Shown: one piece after another, positions 12,050-23,568 of the stretch
Position numbering within the stretch: the stretch's first letter is position 1
Layout of the letters: each line of letters opens with the position of its first letter
Assembly: GCA_000002445.1 (NCBI GenBank)
Contig: CP000070.1
Coordinates: forward strand, 1,600,001 to 1,664,000
DNA length: 64,000 nt
Source of the DNA: Trypanosoma brucei
Lineage: Eukaryota
Reading direction: 5' to 3'
The notes under the pieces: model-generated
Seen by the model: only the letters and a program-made list of their open reading frames with translations
Told to the model about the DNA's origin: nothing
The model's database searches: none
Made by a program: the position numbers and the translations under genes

Positions 12050-13807
12050 ATGAGCGCACCCGTCGACAACGTCGTGGTGGAGCGGCTCTCTACAGCCAAC
12101 CAAAAACCCATCAACGAGCCCCGCCGCTTTGCGCTCTTGGTTCTTGGCGCCTTTTGTTCCATGTGTACGTCCTTTCTCTATGCCTTCAATCTCGTATCTG
12201 GAGCAATGCAAGCGCGCTACAACCTCACACAGCGAGATCTCTCCACCATCACTACTGTTGGTATCGCAGTTGGATATTTCTTGCTGCCCTACAGCTTCAT
12301 CTATGACTATCTGGGGCCGAGACCCATATTTATGCTCTCAGTAACGGTGTTCTGCCTGGGTACGTTGCTTCTCGCACTGACATTCCAAGAAGTGATCGAA
12401 GGATCTGTTGTGAGACTCAGTGTCTACAATGGTCTCATGACATTGGGATGTATGTTGTTTGACTTAGGCGGTGTGGTGACAGTACTCAGCGTGTTTCCAT
12501 CCAACCGTGGTGCCATTGTGGCTATCATGAAGAGCTTTGCAGGACTTGGTTCCGCAATCCTAGGCAGTATTCAGTTGGCCTTCTTCAGTGACAGGCCAGA
12601 TATATATTTCTTTTCTATCATGTCGTTTGCCCTAACGGTTGGTATCCTCGGCATTGTATTCATGCGTCTGCCACCATTCCATTTGACGGGCTATCAGGAA
12701 AAGCACCTTGATGAAGAAGAGAAGGCACAGAGGCTTGCGCGCAAGGGTGTGTACCTGAAGCAGAAGGCACCCATGTGGCGTTTCATCTATGGTTTCGTCC
12801 TTCTCATCATCCTCATTTTCTTCCTCCCCCTGCAGGGAGCGCTCGTAGCGTATCTCAAACTCGGAAGCAACTTCAAGGTGGGGTTTGCTGTGACAGTTAT
12901 TGTGTTGACCGCAATATTCCCTTTTATGGCATTCCCACTTACTACCTTCGACGGAAAACGCCCACATGACGATTCTGATGGTGAGGTGGATGATAAAGAG
13001 GAAATGAGTGAAGAGCCCTTCCCTGTGGAAGATAAGGTAGTTGAGACTGATGTCGACTATATTGCTCCACAGTTCCAGGAAACATTTTTCGAGAGCCTGA
13101 AAACCGCACGGTTATGGTGCCTACTGTGGTCAATTTTCTGTTGCGTTGGTGCCGAGTTTGTCATCATTTTTAATGCCCGATTTGTATACACGGCACTTGC
13201 GGGTGAGGTCCCCGACGACGCGCTAAACACCCTCCTTACTGTTCTAAATGGTGTGGGTAGTGCTGTAGGACGACTTTGTATGAGTTACTTCGAAATCTGG
13301 TCGCAGAAGCGCCGTGCTGAAGATCGCGTCCCCATCACCATTGCGCTGTTTATCCCTTCGGTTTGTATCATCACCATGTTGACACTCTTCCTCACTCTCC
13401 CGAAGGCTGCATTACCTTTACCATACTTCATCGCAGCAACAGCCAACGGCTTTATGGCCACAACCATCGCTCTCGTCGCCCGCACAATATTCGCCAAGGA
13501 TCCTGCAAAGCATTATGATTTCTGCTTTCTTGGTTCAATGCTTTCAGCCATCTTCCTTAATCGTCTACTGTACGGTGAGTGGTACACGCAACAAGCCGAT
13601 AAGTTGGGTCAGGATGTTTGCACCGAGCGTGTTTGTGTGGTGATGCCGCTTGCATTCTTACTTGGTTTATCTTTCTTGGCATTCATCACCAGCACCTACG
13701 TGCATCTGCAGTACCGAAATCTTTGTTTGAAAGCTCTTGAAGAACGTCGGCGCATCAGAGAAGGCGAAGAGGCATTAAATGATGAGTCACTGTCCCACAC
13801 AGAATAG
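12050..13807 (+). CDS. MFS/PAD-like transporter, isoform B copy 2 (585 aa)
   Basis: Protein essentially identical to the 5826 copy (1-2 substitutions). Confidence 0.85.
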   Translation: MSAPVDNVVVERLSTANQKPINEPRRFALLVLGAFCSMCTSFLYAFNLVSGAMQARYNLTQRDLSTITTVGIAVGYFLLPYSFIYDYLGPRPIFMLSVTVFCLGTLLLALTFQEVIEGSVVRLSVYNGLMTLGCMLFDLGGVVTVLSVFPSNRGAIVAIMKSFAGLGSAILGSIQLAFFSDRPDIYFFSIMSFALTVGILGIVFMRLPPFHLTGYQEKHLDEEEKAQRLARKGVYLKQKAPMWRFIYGFVLLIILIFFLPLQGALVAYLKLGSNFKVGFAVTVIVLTAIFPFMAFPLTTFDGKRPHDDSDGEVDDKEEMSEEPFPVEDKVVETDVDYIAPQFQETFFESLKTARLWCLLWSIFCCVGAEFVIIFNARFVYTALAGEVPDDALNTLLTVLNGVGSAVGRLCMSYFEIWSQKRRAEDRVPITIALFIPSVCIITMLTLFLTLPKAALPLPYFIAATANGFMATTIALVARTIFAKDPAKHYDFCFLGSMLSAIFLNRLLYGEWYTQQADKLGQDVCTERVCVVMPLAFLLGLSFLAFITSTYVHLQYRNLCLKALEERRRIREGEEALNDESLSHTE

Positions 13808-14342
13808 GCTGCCGATGTCAGTTTGGCCTTTGGTAAGTAAATTATGTGCTTTGCTTTGATTTATAACATTCATAAGGTTTGTAAAAGTGCTGGTCAGCTA
13901 AATTTTCTTTACACCAATTTTACATTGTGAGCCCTTCCCTTAATATTTTTCCTTCACAATTCCATCCCATCATTTTCGTTGTTTTGTGTTAACATCTGCC
14001 TGTGACTCATCAGGTAAATACTGATCTTTTCCCCTTTTGGTTAACTTTTATTATTATTATTTTTTAATGTGTTCGTCCGGATTTGTGGTCTTATGATAAT
14101 GCGTACGACAATATAAGCCGCTGATATGAGTGAGGGAACGTTATGCAGCGTACTCGGTAGACTCCAAGTACTGTAATTTACTTCCCTTTCAAGTGGTTCG
14201 TACGAATAATTTGTGTCACGGCATCTTATTCATTTTTGTTTTCAGATATTAATAATTCCACGAGTATCTTTCTGCCGCTCTGTAATGTTCTTTTGTTTTC
14301 TCTTAATAAGCTGTTGGTTGTCATTTTCGTTTACGTACCTAA

Positions 14343-14358
14343 ATATATATATATATAT
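14343..14358. repeat. (AT)8 microsatellite, a length variant of the 8119 locus
   Basis: Direct read. Confidence 0.95.
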
Positions 14359-15024
14359 GTATACTCATGTGTACCTATTTTACACTATAATGAAAAATGC
14401 AACGGTGTGACATATATCACACATAGCCAACAAAACATTTTCGGCACATATAACCTCTTTAAAGAGAATAAAACATTTAAAAATAAATACACGAAGACTA
14501 TATGCGGGGACCCTACGGCGCACCAGCGTAACTACAGTATTGACAATATATTATCAACTGCCACTCTTCACCCGTGGAAACACCATGTAATCCTTTTCTT
14601 CTTGCGGTGGGAGAGAGGAGAGTGCAGAACAACACAGGCACCCCAACACCGTTGATCCGTAGTGCTACCTATCTCGTCTTCATATCTTTACTGCTTGTTA
14701 TAATTTTGTCTTTTTCACCTTTTTTTTTCGGCTGCGCTGTCACGGTTTTATAAATGTCCATTGCAAAATAGTTGCTCTCAAGACACACATCAATAGCATT
14801 ATATCCGCCCAATACCTCTTCTTTCATTCTCCCAAAACTTAATGCTTTCATTTCTCCCTTTTCGACTTATTGAACCTTTGAACAATACCACAGACTAACA
14901 GCAATAAACAAGCACGCAGTCACGTAAAGGAACCTAACATTTTAGGGAAACAAAAATTATCTGGCAGCACACTGGGTGAAACATCGGGAGGAATACAACT
15001 GAGCGTACTGTACAAAACATTGCC

Positions 15025-16821
15025 ATGAGCGCACCCGTCGACAACGTCGTGGTGGAGCGGCTCTCTACAGCCAACCAAAAACCGGTCAGTGAGCCCCGCC
15101 GTTTCGCCACTTTGGTTCTCGGCGTCTTTTGTTGTATGTGCACATCCTTCATGTATGCCTTCAATCTTATATCTGGAGCAATGCAGGAACGTTACGACCT
15201 CACACAGCGAGATCTCTCCACCATCACTACTGTTGGTATTGTAGTTGGATATTTCTTGCTGCCTTATGGTTTCATCTATGACTATCTGGGGCCGAGACCT
15301 GTATTTGTAATATCAATGACAGTTTTCTGCCTGGGTACGTTGCTTCTCGCACTGACATTCCAAGAAGTGATTGAAGGATCTGTTGTGAGACTCAGTGTCT
15401 ACAATGGTCTCATGGTATTGGGATGTATGTTGTTTGACTTGGGTGCCGTGGTAACAGTACTCAGCGTGTTTCCATCCAACCGTGGTGCCGTGATGGCCAT
15501 CATGAAGACATTTACGGGTCTTGGTTCCGCAATCGTCGGTTGTATACGACTAGGTTTCTTGAGTCAGAGTACCTCTGCTTATTTCTACTTCCTCATGTCG
15601 TTTGCCCTGGCCGCTGGCATCTTGGCTATTGCATTTCTGCGTCTGCCACCATTCCATTTGACGGGCTATCAGGAAAAGCACCTTGATGAAGAAGAGAAGG
15701 CACAGCTTCGCGTAACGAAGGGCGTGTACCTGAAGCAGAAGGCACCCATGTGGCGTTTCGTCTACGGTTTTGCTATTCTTTTGATTCTCATTGTGTTCCT
15801 CCCCCTGCAGGGATCACTGTCCGCCTATCTCAAACTCGGAAGCAACTTCAGGGTGGGGTTTGCACTCGTTGTTATCGCGTTGATCGTAATATTCCCTTTT
15901 ATGGCATTCCCACTTACTACCTTCGACGGCAAACGCCCACATGACGATTCTGACAGCAAAGCCAAAGAACACGTTGGAGCAGGTGATGAAGTTTCCGCGG
16001 CGGAAGATAAGGTAGTTGAGACTGATGTCGACTATATTGCTCCACAGTTCCAGGAAACATTTATCGCAGGATTGAAAACCGCACGGTTATGGTGCCTACT
16101 GTGGTCAGTTTTCTGTTGCGTTGGTGTGCACTATGTTGTCATCTACAATGCTCGTTTCATCTACACGGCACTGACCGGTGAGGCCCCTGAAGACGCGCTA
16201 AACACCCTCCTTACTGTTCTAAATGGTGTGGGTAGTGCTGTAGGACGACTTTGTATGAGTTACTTCGAAATCTGGTCGCAGAAGCGCCGTGCTGAAGATC
16301 GCGTCCCCATCACCATTGCGCTGTTTATCCCTTCGGTTTGTATCATCACCATGTTGACACTCTTCCTCACTCTCCCGAAGGCTGCATTACCTTTACCATA
16401 CTTCATCGCAGCGTTCTCAAATGGTTTCACAGCGGCGATTATTGCATTGGTAACGCGCACAATATTCGCCAAGGATCCTGCAAAGCATTACAACTTCTGC
16501 TATCTCGCCTCCGTGCTTTCAGCCATCTTCCTTAATCGTCTACTGTACGGTGAGTGGTACACGCAACAGGCCGATAAGTTGGGTCAGGATGTTTGCAAGA
16601 AGCGTGTTTGTGTGGTGATGCCGCTTGCATTTATGTTAGGTCTCGCCTTCCCAGCATTTGCTACTAGCACCTACTTGCATCTGCAGTACCGCCGCCTTTG
16701 CACGCTTGCGCTTGAGGAACGTCAGCGCATCCGGGAGGAGGAGCGTGTGCTAAATGAGTTGCCTTCTAACCCTATAGAGCCGACGGGGAATGCCGGTGAA
16801 CCTGCGCATCAACTCAAGTGA
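15025..16821 (+). CDS. MFS/PAD-like transporter, mosaic isoform (598 aa) with A-type termini and B-type internal blocks
   Basis: N- and C-terminal tails are A-type (…NELPSNPIEPTGNAGEPAHQLK). Internal segments switch to B-type (RRAEDRVPITIALFIPSV…; RRFATLVLGVFCC) or to unique sequence, which indicates segmental gene conversion. Confidence 0.85.
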   Translation: MSAPVDNVVVERLSTANQKPVSEPRRFATLVLGVFCCMCTSFMYAFNLISGAMQERYDLTQRDLSTITTVGIVVGYFLLPYGFIYDYLGPRPVFVISMTVFCLGTLLLALTFQEVIEGSVVRLSVYNGLMVLGCMLFDLGAVVTVLSVFPSNRGAVMAIMKTFTGLGSAIVGCIRLGFLSQSTSAYFYFLMSFALAAGILAIAFLRLPPFHLTGYQEKHLDEEEKAQLRVTKGVYLKQKAPMWRFVYGFAILLILIVFLPLQGSLSAYLKLGSNFRVGFALVVIALIVIFPFMAFPLTTFDGKRPHDDSDSKAKEHVGAGDEVSAAEDKVVETDVDYIAPQFQETFIAGLKTARLWCLLWSVFCCVGVHYVVIYNARFIYTALTGEAPEDALNTLLTVLNGVGSAVGRLCMSYFEIWSQKRRAEDRVPITIALFIPSVCIITMLTLFLTLPKAALPLPYFIAAFSNGFTAAIIALVTRTIFAKDPAKHYNFCYLASVLSAIFLNRLLYGEWYTQQADKLGQDVCKKRVCVVMPLAFMLGLAFPAFATSTYLHLQYRRLCTLALEERQRIREEERVLNELPSNPIEPTGNAGEPAHQLK

Positions 16822-18592
16822 GTATGGAAGTTACTCGATTTTAAGCTGTGAGGTAATTTAAAAAAACGTGTTTATTTGTTATTTTTTTTTTTTGCGTGTA
16901 CAAAACGCCTTTAGTGTCTTGTGGTAATATCTTGTATCTCTTAATTATGCTAATATACTAAAAACCGTATTTCTTGTTCTTACCCACTGCGGGAAGTGGA
17001 CACTTGGATTAACAGTATCATAAGACAGAACTCTCTTTTTGATCCATGGTAAACTTCCCGCTACATTCTCTCATTTTCTCCGGGTGTGTATGTAGGGATT
17101 TTTTTATAATTTTATTCCCTATTTTTTTTTCTTACCTTTGGTGGCAAAGTGAGCGTCAAATTATTTATTCAACCGTGTTTTAATGTATTTTTGCATATGG
17201 GTTTACCCAGCGTGAGATGTCCAGCAGCAGGCAGGCACATACACACGCAGCAAATAGTGGTTTCACTGCTGTTTATCTTCTGTTGGGTTTAAAAAACTCG
17301 CAATCTGAGCACCTTTCTGTTCGAGGGCTGACGATATTACTCCCCTGCTTCGGAGCTAAGGTTTCTTTGGCAGGTTGTCTTTCGCCCGCCCTCCTAAATT
17401 GTGTTGTCTTTTTGGGAAAACGGCAATAACTTTCAGATACCTTTATTACTTATTTGTGTGTGACCCTCCCTGCCTCGTTGTGTGCGCAGGTGGGATGCCA
17501 CCACTCGTCACTTCCGACTTAACTCCTCTGCATAATACAGAAAAAGCTATTGATCTTTCCTTACATTTTCTCGTGTTGGAAGGTTTGTTGTTCATGCGTT
17601 CTTTTTTGCCGCTGAGCGATGGTTGCTTTAGCAAAGCCTTTGTGGACCAAAACGTAGTTTCCAAAAAGTAATGGATCGATGCTGATTTGGGTTGTCTGCT
17701 CTTATGTTATGTTGTTGCGTGTAAGGTCCATGTTGAGGAGGCCTGAGGCTTACTGAGAAACACTTTTTGAGCTTAAATCACTTCAAATGTGGCGGCGTTG
17801 ACTGCAGTGTACGGTGGTGTTCTGTTTTAAGACAAGGCAATTGAGAAGGAATGATGAAATATCTTCGAAAGACCCAAACTCTCGCGTGGGGCACGCATGG
17901 AGAAACGCATTATTATTACTTTTTTTTTGACCTGACACAGCATATTGTACAACCCCTTTCCACACCCCTACTGAGGAACAACACCATGCGATTGCCCAGC
18001 ACCGCCTCATGTTTATTTCCCGCTCATCAGATCCGCCCTCAACACTGAAGGATTTTGAAGTTAAGGTAGGCGGCAGGTGAATGGTTGACAGCAGGATGTT
18101 CCTGGCACCACTCTTCCTTTCTGGTGTATGCTTTACAACATCTCCTTGTCGGAACAAGTCCGGCAGCCACGCACTTTTAAGTTAAGGTGGCACATCAGCG
18201 AGTCACCCGTACACTCACCAATTTTGATCCGTTATTCCACAGAAGGATGTTAACCTTGATCGTGGCAAGCTTCGAAAACAACCCCTTTTCTATCCATAAT
18301 CGTATGTAGGTGTTGTCGTCATGCAACTCGGCTGACCCTCTCTTTCCGACTCGGAACCAAAGAAAAGAACACCCATCTTCTGTAAAAATACATTTGTCTC
18401 CGCGCCCGAAAATTAACTACTACCACTTTTTCCATGTGAGGGAGAAAAGTTACCACTCACTACATTGTTACAGTTACTCAGTAAAATCACAAGAATCAAA
18501 GTACAACAAAATAAACCCACATAATAAAAAATATTAGAATTACGCTTCCAATATTACCGCCACTCGCCCCCTCTCACTCATGTCGTTATGGC

Positions 18593-20771
18593 GTGTTACA
18601 TTTTTGTTAGGGTATGTTGTGTCGTTTTATTTATTTAGTGGTTTTGTGGGTGACGGCAAAGTGGCGTGTGTACGGTAATATATAGGAGTGACGGTGAGTG
18701 TTTTTGACTTTTGCTTACACTTTATGAACTATTCTATCCGTTGCTATGCATAGTTGCGCGTGTTTTTGTTTAGCAAGCGAATTTTCGGGACAAGTTGCTT
18801 TACTTCACGTTGGGTGGATGTGGCTAGTGCGTGAATATCGCTCACTGTGAGTTCTCTGTGCCCTGTGCGCGTCACGTGCACCACCTGCGCCTGATACAGC
18901 CCCTGCGGGTTACCAAGTTTTCCTTATTTCTTACTCTATTCTTCTGCTCTTCTTTTCGCTTCGTGACGCGGCCCACTGACGTTGTAATTCTTCTGACTAC
19001 TTGCTGTGGGAAAGAAAGGGGACAGGTGCCTAAGGGACCAGCTGGCAACGAAACCGTCTTGATCTTTGCCAAAATCTCCGCAGCAGCATGTGTGCTATAC
19101 TGAGGGCTCAGCCCTTCACCACGCTCTAAACCTGAGGCGGTGGGGTAGCACCCCCCGCAGGTTCTCCCTTTTGGCCTTCGTCTGGCGGTGTTTCCCTACG
19201 CAGTCATTTTATATTTCTGCCCCTTTCGAAAGTCCCACGCAAGCCTCACCACTTTGACCAGGGAACCGGTTTCCGTGTGTCCCCACCCTTTTCATCCCCC
19301 TCACAAAAGACCCTTTGATTCCAACAGCAAATCTCTTGTTCGAACTCAACGGCAGCCATGGGCCCACCTCCAAACCGACCTTACGAAAGCAGGTCGCGCC
19401 TAAGGCATCTTCTCCCCGCACAGCGGTGGGCCACAGAGACGGCCCATGTCTCACTACCTGCCGCTTGGAAAGCAATGACGTCCAGTATTTCCCGATGTTT
19501 CAGAGCGCCTCGAAGAGATGCCCTTAGCTTCAAATCCTTCTGGAGTAGAGGGCAGGGGACACAAATGTCGTCGTCGGTCCTTGACCCGCGAGCCTCGGGC
19601 GATCGCTTGGTTGTATTTTTTAGCGTTTGCGCGGCCAATTCGCAGTCGTTCCGCTCTCGCTGCCCCCTTGCGCTCCGGCTTTGTTATCTTTTCAACTTTT
19701 CTTTCCCCACGAAAATAATGGGCGAACCCGGGCACGCGCTGATGTTATTGCGCGTTCCTCTATATTTCGATTCCGTTTTCGGATTGCATCCATACTTATT
19801 CGGTGAGTTTTACCATGCCGCAACACCGGAGGGGAGGGGCTCTTACTCCGAGCGTATCACTGGATTGTTAACTCTCCTCGTCCCAAATTCGGGGGCGGGG
19901 GTGCTGTGAATGCCTCGCGGGGCGTCAGTACGTTTGGTTCATCCCTTTCTAGCTTCTGACCTTATTCTCGTAATCTCACCGTCTGCGCTCGCTACTACTC
20001 TTGCTGGGGGAGCGCTCTGGAGCCGTCTGCGGTGTTTGGGGATTCCATTGTAGAACTGCGAAAGGATAATTTACCCCATTTCGGTGCATTGCGTCTTTGG
20101 TGCCGGTCCAACGCCACCGAAAAGACTTCTCCCCCGCACGCTCGTACTAATCCGGCCTCGATGCCGGTGTGTTCTTCGCGCACCCTCCTCGTGGCACCCG
20201 CCCAAACATCCACGGTTCAAGCCAAGTGTGCCTGTCGGAGGTCGCTTCCTTCGCCCGAAATTTGATCCTCTATCTCATCTCCTCCCCCCCTCTCAATATC
20301 GCGGTGGGAAAACATAGATTACCTCGAAATTGCCACACTTCTTTTGACACGTGAGCACCACCCTCTATATACAACCTAAAAGCCCATCCTCCGTTCTAGT
20401 TCGGCCCGCCATATGGGAAAGCGATGGTGGCATGAGCCCTAAATACCCCTACCTTCTTCTACGACAAGGGGCTTGTCCTCTATTTCCCGTAGCGTACTCA
20501 ACTCCATTTCTGTCGGCACCGCCCCTACGCGATGGACACAAGCTATTATTCCGGCGCTCACTTGCTTCTATATTTTTCCGTATTTTCGAAGATTATCATT
20601 TCTGCGCCAGAGAAGGTGCGTGACCCCACATGGCCATCTCTCCAAACCTGGTAATCTGATTTCCTTACTTCCACCTTTTTCAATACGTGAGACTTCTTCC
20701 TTTTGTCTAGCGCATTCCCCTTGGACCTTTTCAGGGAAGGGACATTTATGTGCACACCAGTGGTCGATGCC
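18593..20771. repeat. Left arm of a 2,179-bp inverted repeat
   Basis: ORF-track proteins in this segment (e.g. 18831-19103, 19358-19909, 20351-20623) recur identically on the opposite strand in 23569-25747. Arm boundaries were located by direct comparison of the junction sequences. Confidence 0.85.
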
Positions 20772-21324
20772 CATGGCATAACCTCTATGGGGTGCAACCA
20801 AATTGTTTAATTGGAGCACCATCCTTCCGTTGAATTTGTCCAAACGAGCATTTGGTGGCCGCAGGTATGGCTTGGGGCTCGCACACCCGCAAAGTTCTCC
20901 CCTTTGGCATTTGGGGTCGGGCAGTGCTCCACCAAACTTGCGGCTAGCAGTTGCCCAACAGCCCCAGGTTTCGCGTTTTTTGAACGCCCCTTTTCCAGTT
21001 ACAGTCAGTGGGGCTCCGGCGACTGTGTCGCCTCCGGCGGTTCTCATTTGCCATTTCAAACGGGGAAATGAAAAGCACACAACCCGAAATATTTGAGGCA
21101 CAAAAGGGCACCCAGCCTCGACGAAACTCGTCAATTGGCTGGCCCTAGAGCTTCCCCCACAGTAGCCCGTACAGCAACTATGCGCACCGCAGCTGGGCCA
21201 GAACACATGGCAGGACAGATCGATAACACCAGTTCAGTTGGATGGTCTCGCCAACAGCTATTACGGAGAGGAATAAAACACCGAGTTCACAACCTTAGCC
21301 ACCCACTGGGAAAAAGGATGGGGA

Positions 21325-21789
21325 ATGAACAATGATAAGTCAGAATTTTATATCACAGGCATGACGGCAGGAAAACTTCCAATGAACAACCAACAAATGG
21401 TCGGCTACCAGAGGCGAATGAAGATTCAAGTCAACAAACTTATGACCGAAAAGCAAATGACACGGATGGACGCAGCGGCGCAAGGTAATACCAACACGTT
21501 CGAACCATTTGCGCGTGAACGTCGTAGAGCAACGGCACACGTAGAGCAATACCCGAACATCGGTCATTCCCCCTCCGGGGATGATGCCACTACGCCAAAG
21601 GATGTTATACCAATGTTGCTAATAAAGAAACAGCTTCGTGAATTCGGAAGGGGACGGTTAAGGATGCCATTCACCGACACGTTGTCCGCTAATGTGGAGA
21701 AATTTACGACCCCCGTTGGGCAGACACAAGTGACAGGCCAGCCGGAGATATTAGTAACAGAGAAAAAGTTGTCCGCAGAAGGAATATGA
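21325..21789 (+). CDS. Possible orphan ORF (154 aa) inside the spacer of the inverted repeat; function unknown
   Basis: Longest non-repeat ORF in the strand-switch region with non-extreme composition. It could equally be a chance ORF in GC-rich DNA. Confidence 0.15.
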   Translation: MNNDKSEFYITGMTAGKLPMNNQQMVGYQRRMKIQVNKLMTEKQMTRMDAAAQGNTNTFEPFARERRRATAHVEQYPNIGHSPSGDDATTPKDVIPMLLIKKQLREFGRGRLRMPFTDTLSANVEKFTTPVGQTQVTGQPEILVTEKKLSAEGI

Positions 21790-23568
21790 GCAGGAATACT
21801 TTGGCTTCCTCTTTTATATGGCCTGAGAATAGTATATGAACTAAATCCTTATCACATTCAGGTCTAATTCGGATACGTATAATAAACAATTGATGAGGCA
21901 AAGGGATGGCATCACCGCCCACTAACGACAAAATTTGCATGAACCACGTAGTTGAACGATTCAGACACGTTCCAACGCGCCATCACAAGGAAGAGCACAA
22001 ATTTCAATGACACAGGTCAGTAATCTTGGACAGAACTAACCCAGGTGATCGCTGCACGTGCGGATGCCGGGAAAACGGTAGGTCTCCAACGGTTACGGAA
22101 AGAAGTGCTAGACGCAGCCAGGTTGATGCAACAAACTTCCAGCCGCGGTCTCCGGTATGCAAAGAACAAAACCAAGAGGAAGACCCACGCAAAGAGCCCT
22201 GGAAAGAATGACGCCAACAGGCGTGCACGCATATCAACAGTCGGTACGATGGAACTGAAAAGCCGGTAAAAAATAAGACCTCACCCCCTTCCCCAAGTTA
22301 CAAAAGGATATCCAACCCACAAGAAAGTCCTTGCCAGAAAGGCCTCAACCCACTGCCAGGGTGGCTGGGAGACATCGAAAAACGCCGGACGCTGCGATTA
22401 AGGTAGAACAAAAATAAATGAAAAAGTTCCTTGCACCCCGGAACTCAAAAAAGGGAGGCTGGCCTCAGCTTCCGCAGCTGAGACTGAAACTACCTGTTCA
22501 TTGGGATTCTGGCGGGCAACACCCGCTTTGAGTGCTACAGATTTGCGGGATACGGGCGTTGACCACTCTTTCTCCCAAAACCACAGTTGAAACACCCCTT
22601 CGGATGGCATAAGAGGGTATTGGGGACAGCGGTCGTACAGTTTCGTTTGTAAGCGGAATGTGAGACGTCGCTTTATTCTTTTCCACGTGTTGTTGTTTAG
22701 TTCGGTTTCATAATCTCGCGAACTGTCCCTCTACGGGAAGGCTGCTTCGCCCCGTATTAGTTTGATCATGTGTACGATTTTTTGCCAATTAGTGCCCAGG
22801 ATTGGCGGCCGCTCAGGCGCTTTGGACCAAAGATGCTACGGCTTCTCGGCCGTTACTTCTCGTAGAGTCCTTCCGTTGGTTTCCAATTTCATCCATAGTT
22901 TCATCCGCGACTCCCCCGGACGTTTTGGCACCCCTCCCTCTCTGGGCTCTAGGTGGTTCCACAAAAAAGCGTATGGGGTCCGAACGTCCACTTCTCTATG
23001 CGTGGTGCCGAGTTGTTTCCCCCCCTCAGGTAGCAAACGCATCACCAACTCTGTTGGTATATGATGGTTAAAGGCGATGCCGGCGTTTTAATTTCACACA
23101 CTTGTGGTGATTCTGTTTTCCCAAACCGGAACCACCCCTTGGGTCCTCAATTATTGCACGAATCTGCATTGTTTCAGGGGTTCGACGTAACCCATCGGGG
23201 TCTTGTGAAGACATTCCGTTTTCCTTCTTTGCCGCAAAAACCAAAGTTGACCTGCGGCTTTTCGTTAAGTTCCAAACGGAAATGAAGTGAATTGACGCCC
23301 CCCCCCCCTCCTATCGCATATCGCTTCCAAAATGTTAGCGGAAGATTCTTGACATAGTGGGGACTATAACAGTAGACGTAGTTTCGATCATCCAGTTTGT
23401 CGTTCATTGCCTGTGGCCGCAGGGTCATGCGCTTTCTTGTTTTACGTCTTTAAGCACGCTCATTGCAAGAGCCCGCAAATGCCTTGATAGCGGGTTGGCC
23501 AACCGAATGAATAATACCAGCTGTTTGGGGTTGTTGGGCGTCATCCTCCCACAACAAAAATTGGGAGT

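Larger units (their letters stand above)
1..17590. repeat. Tandem array of transporter genes: alternating A/B isoform units, including a ~6.23-kb two-gene segmental duplication (2583 matches 8813; 5826 matches 12050)
   Basis: CDS starts are spaced by 6230 and 6224 bp with near-identical coding and intergenic sequence. The array ends where homology with other units is lost at 17591. Confidence 0.9.

Noticed and set aside
18831..20781. Numerous 60-210-aa ORFs within both arms of the inverted repeat (e.g. 19358-19909, 183 aa; 20568-21206, 212 aa)
   Set aside because: Arg/Pro/Ser-rich, compositionally biased translations of GC-rich DNA. They appear on both strands and in all frames and duplicate only because the DNA is palindromic. 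No domain-like pattern recognised.
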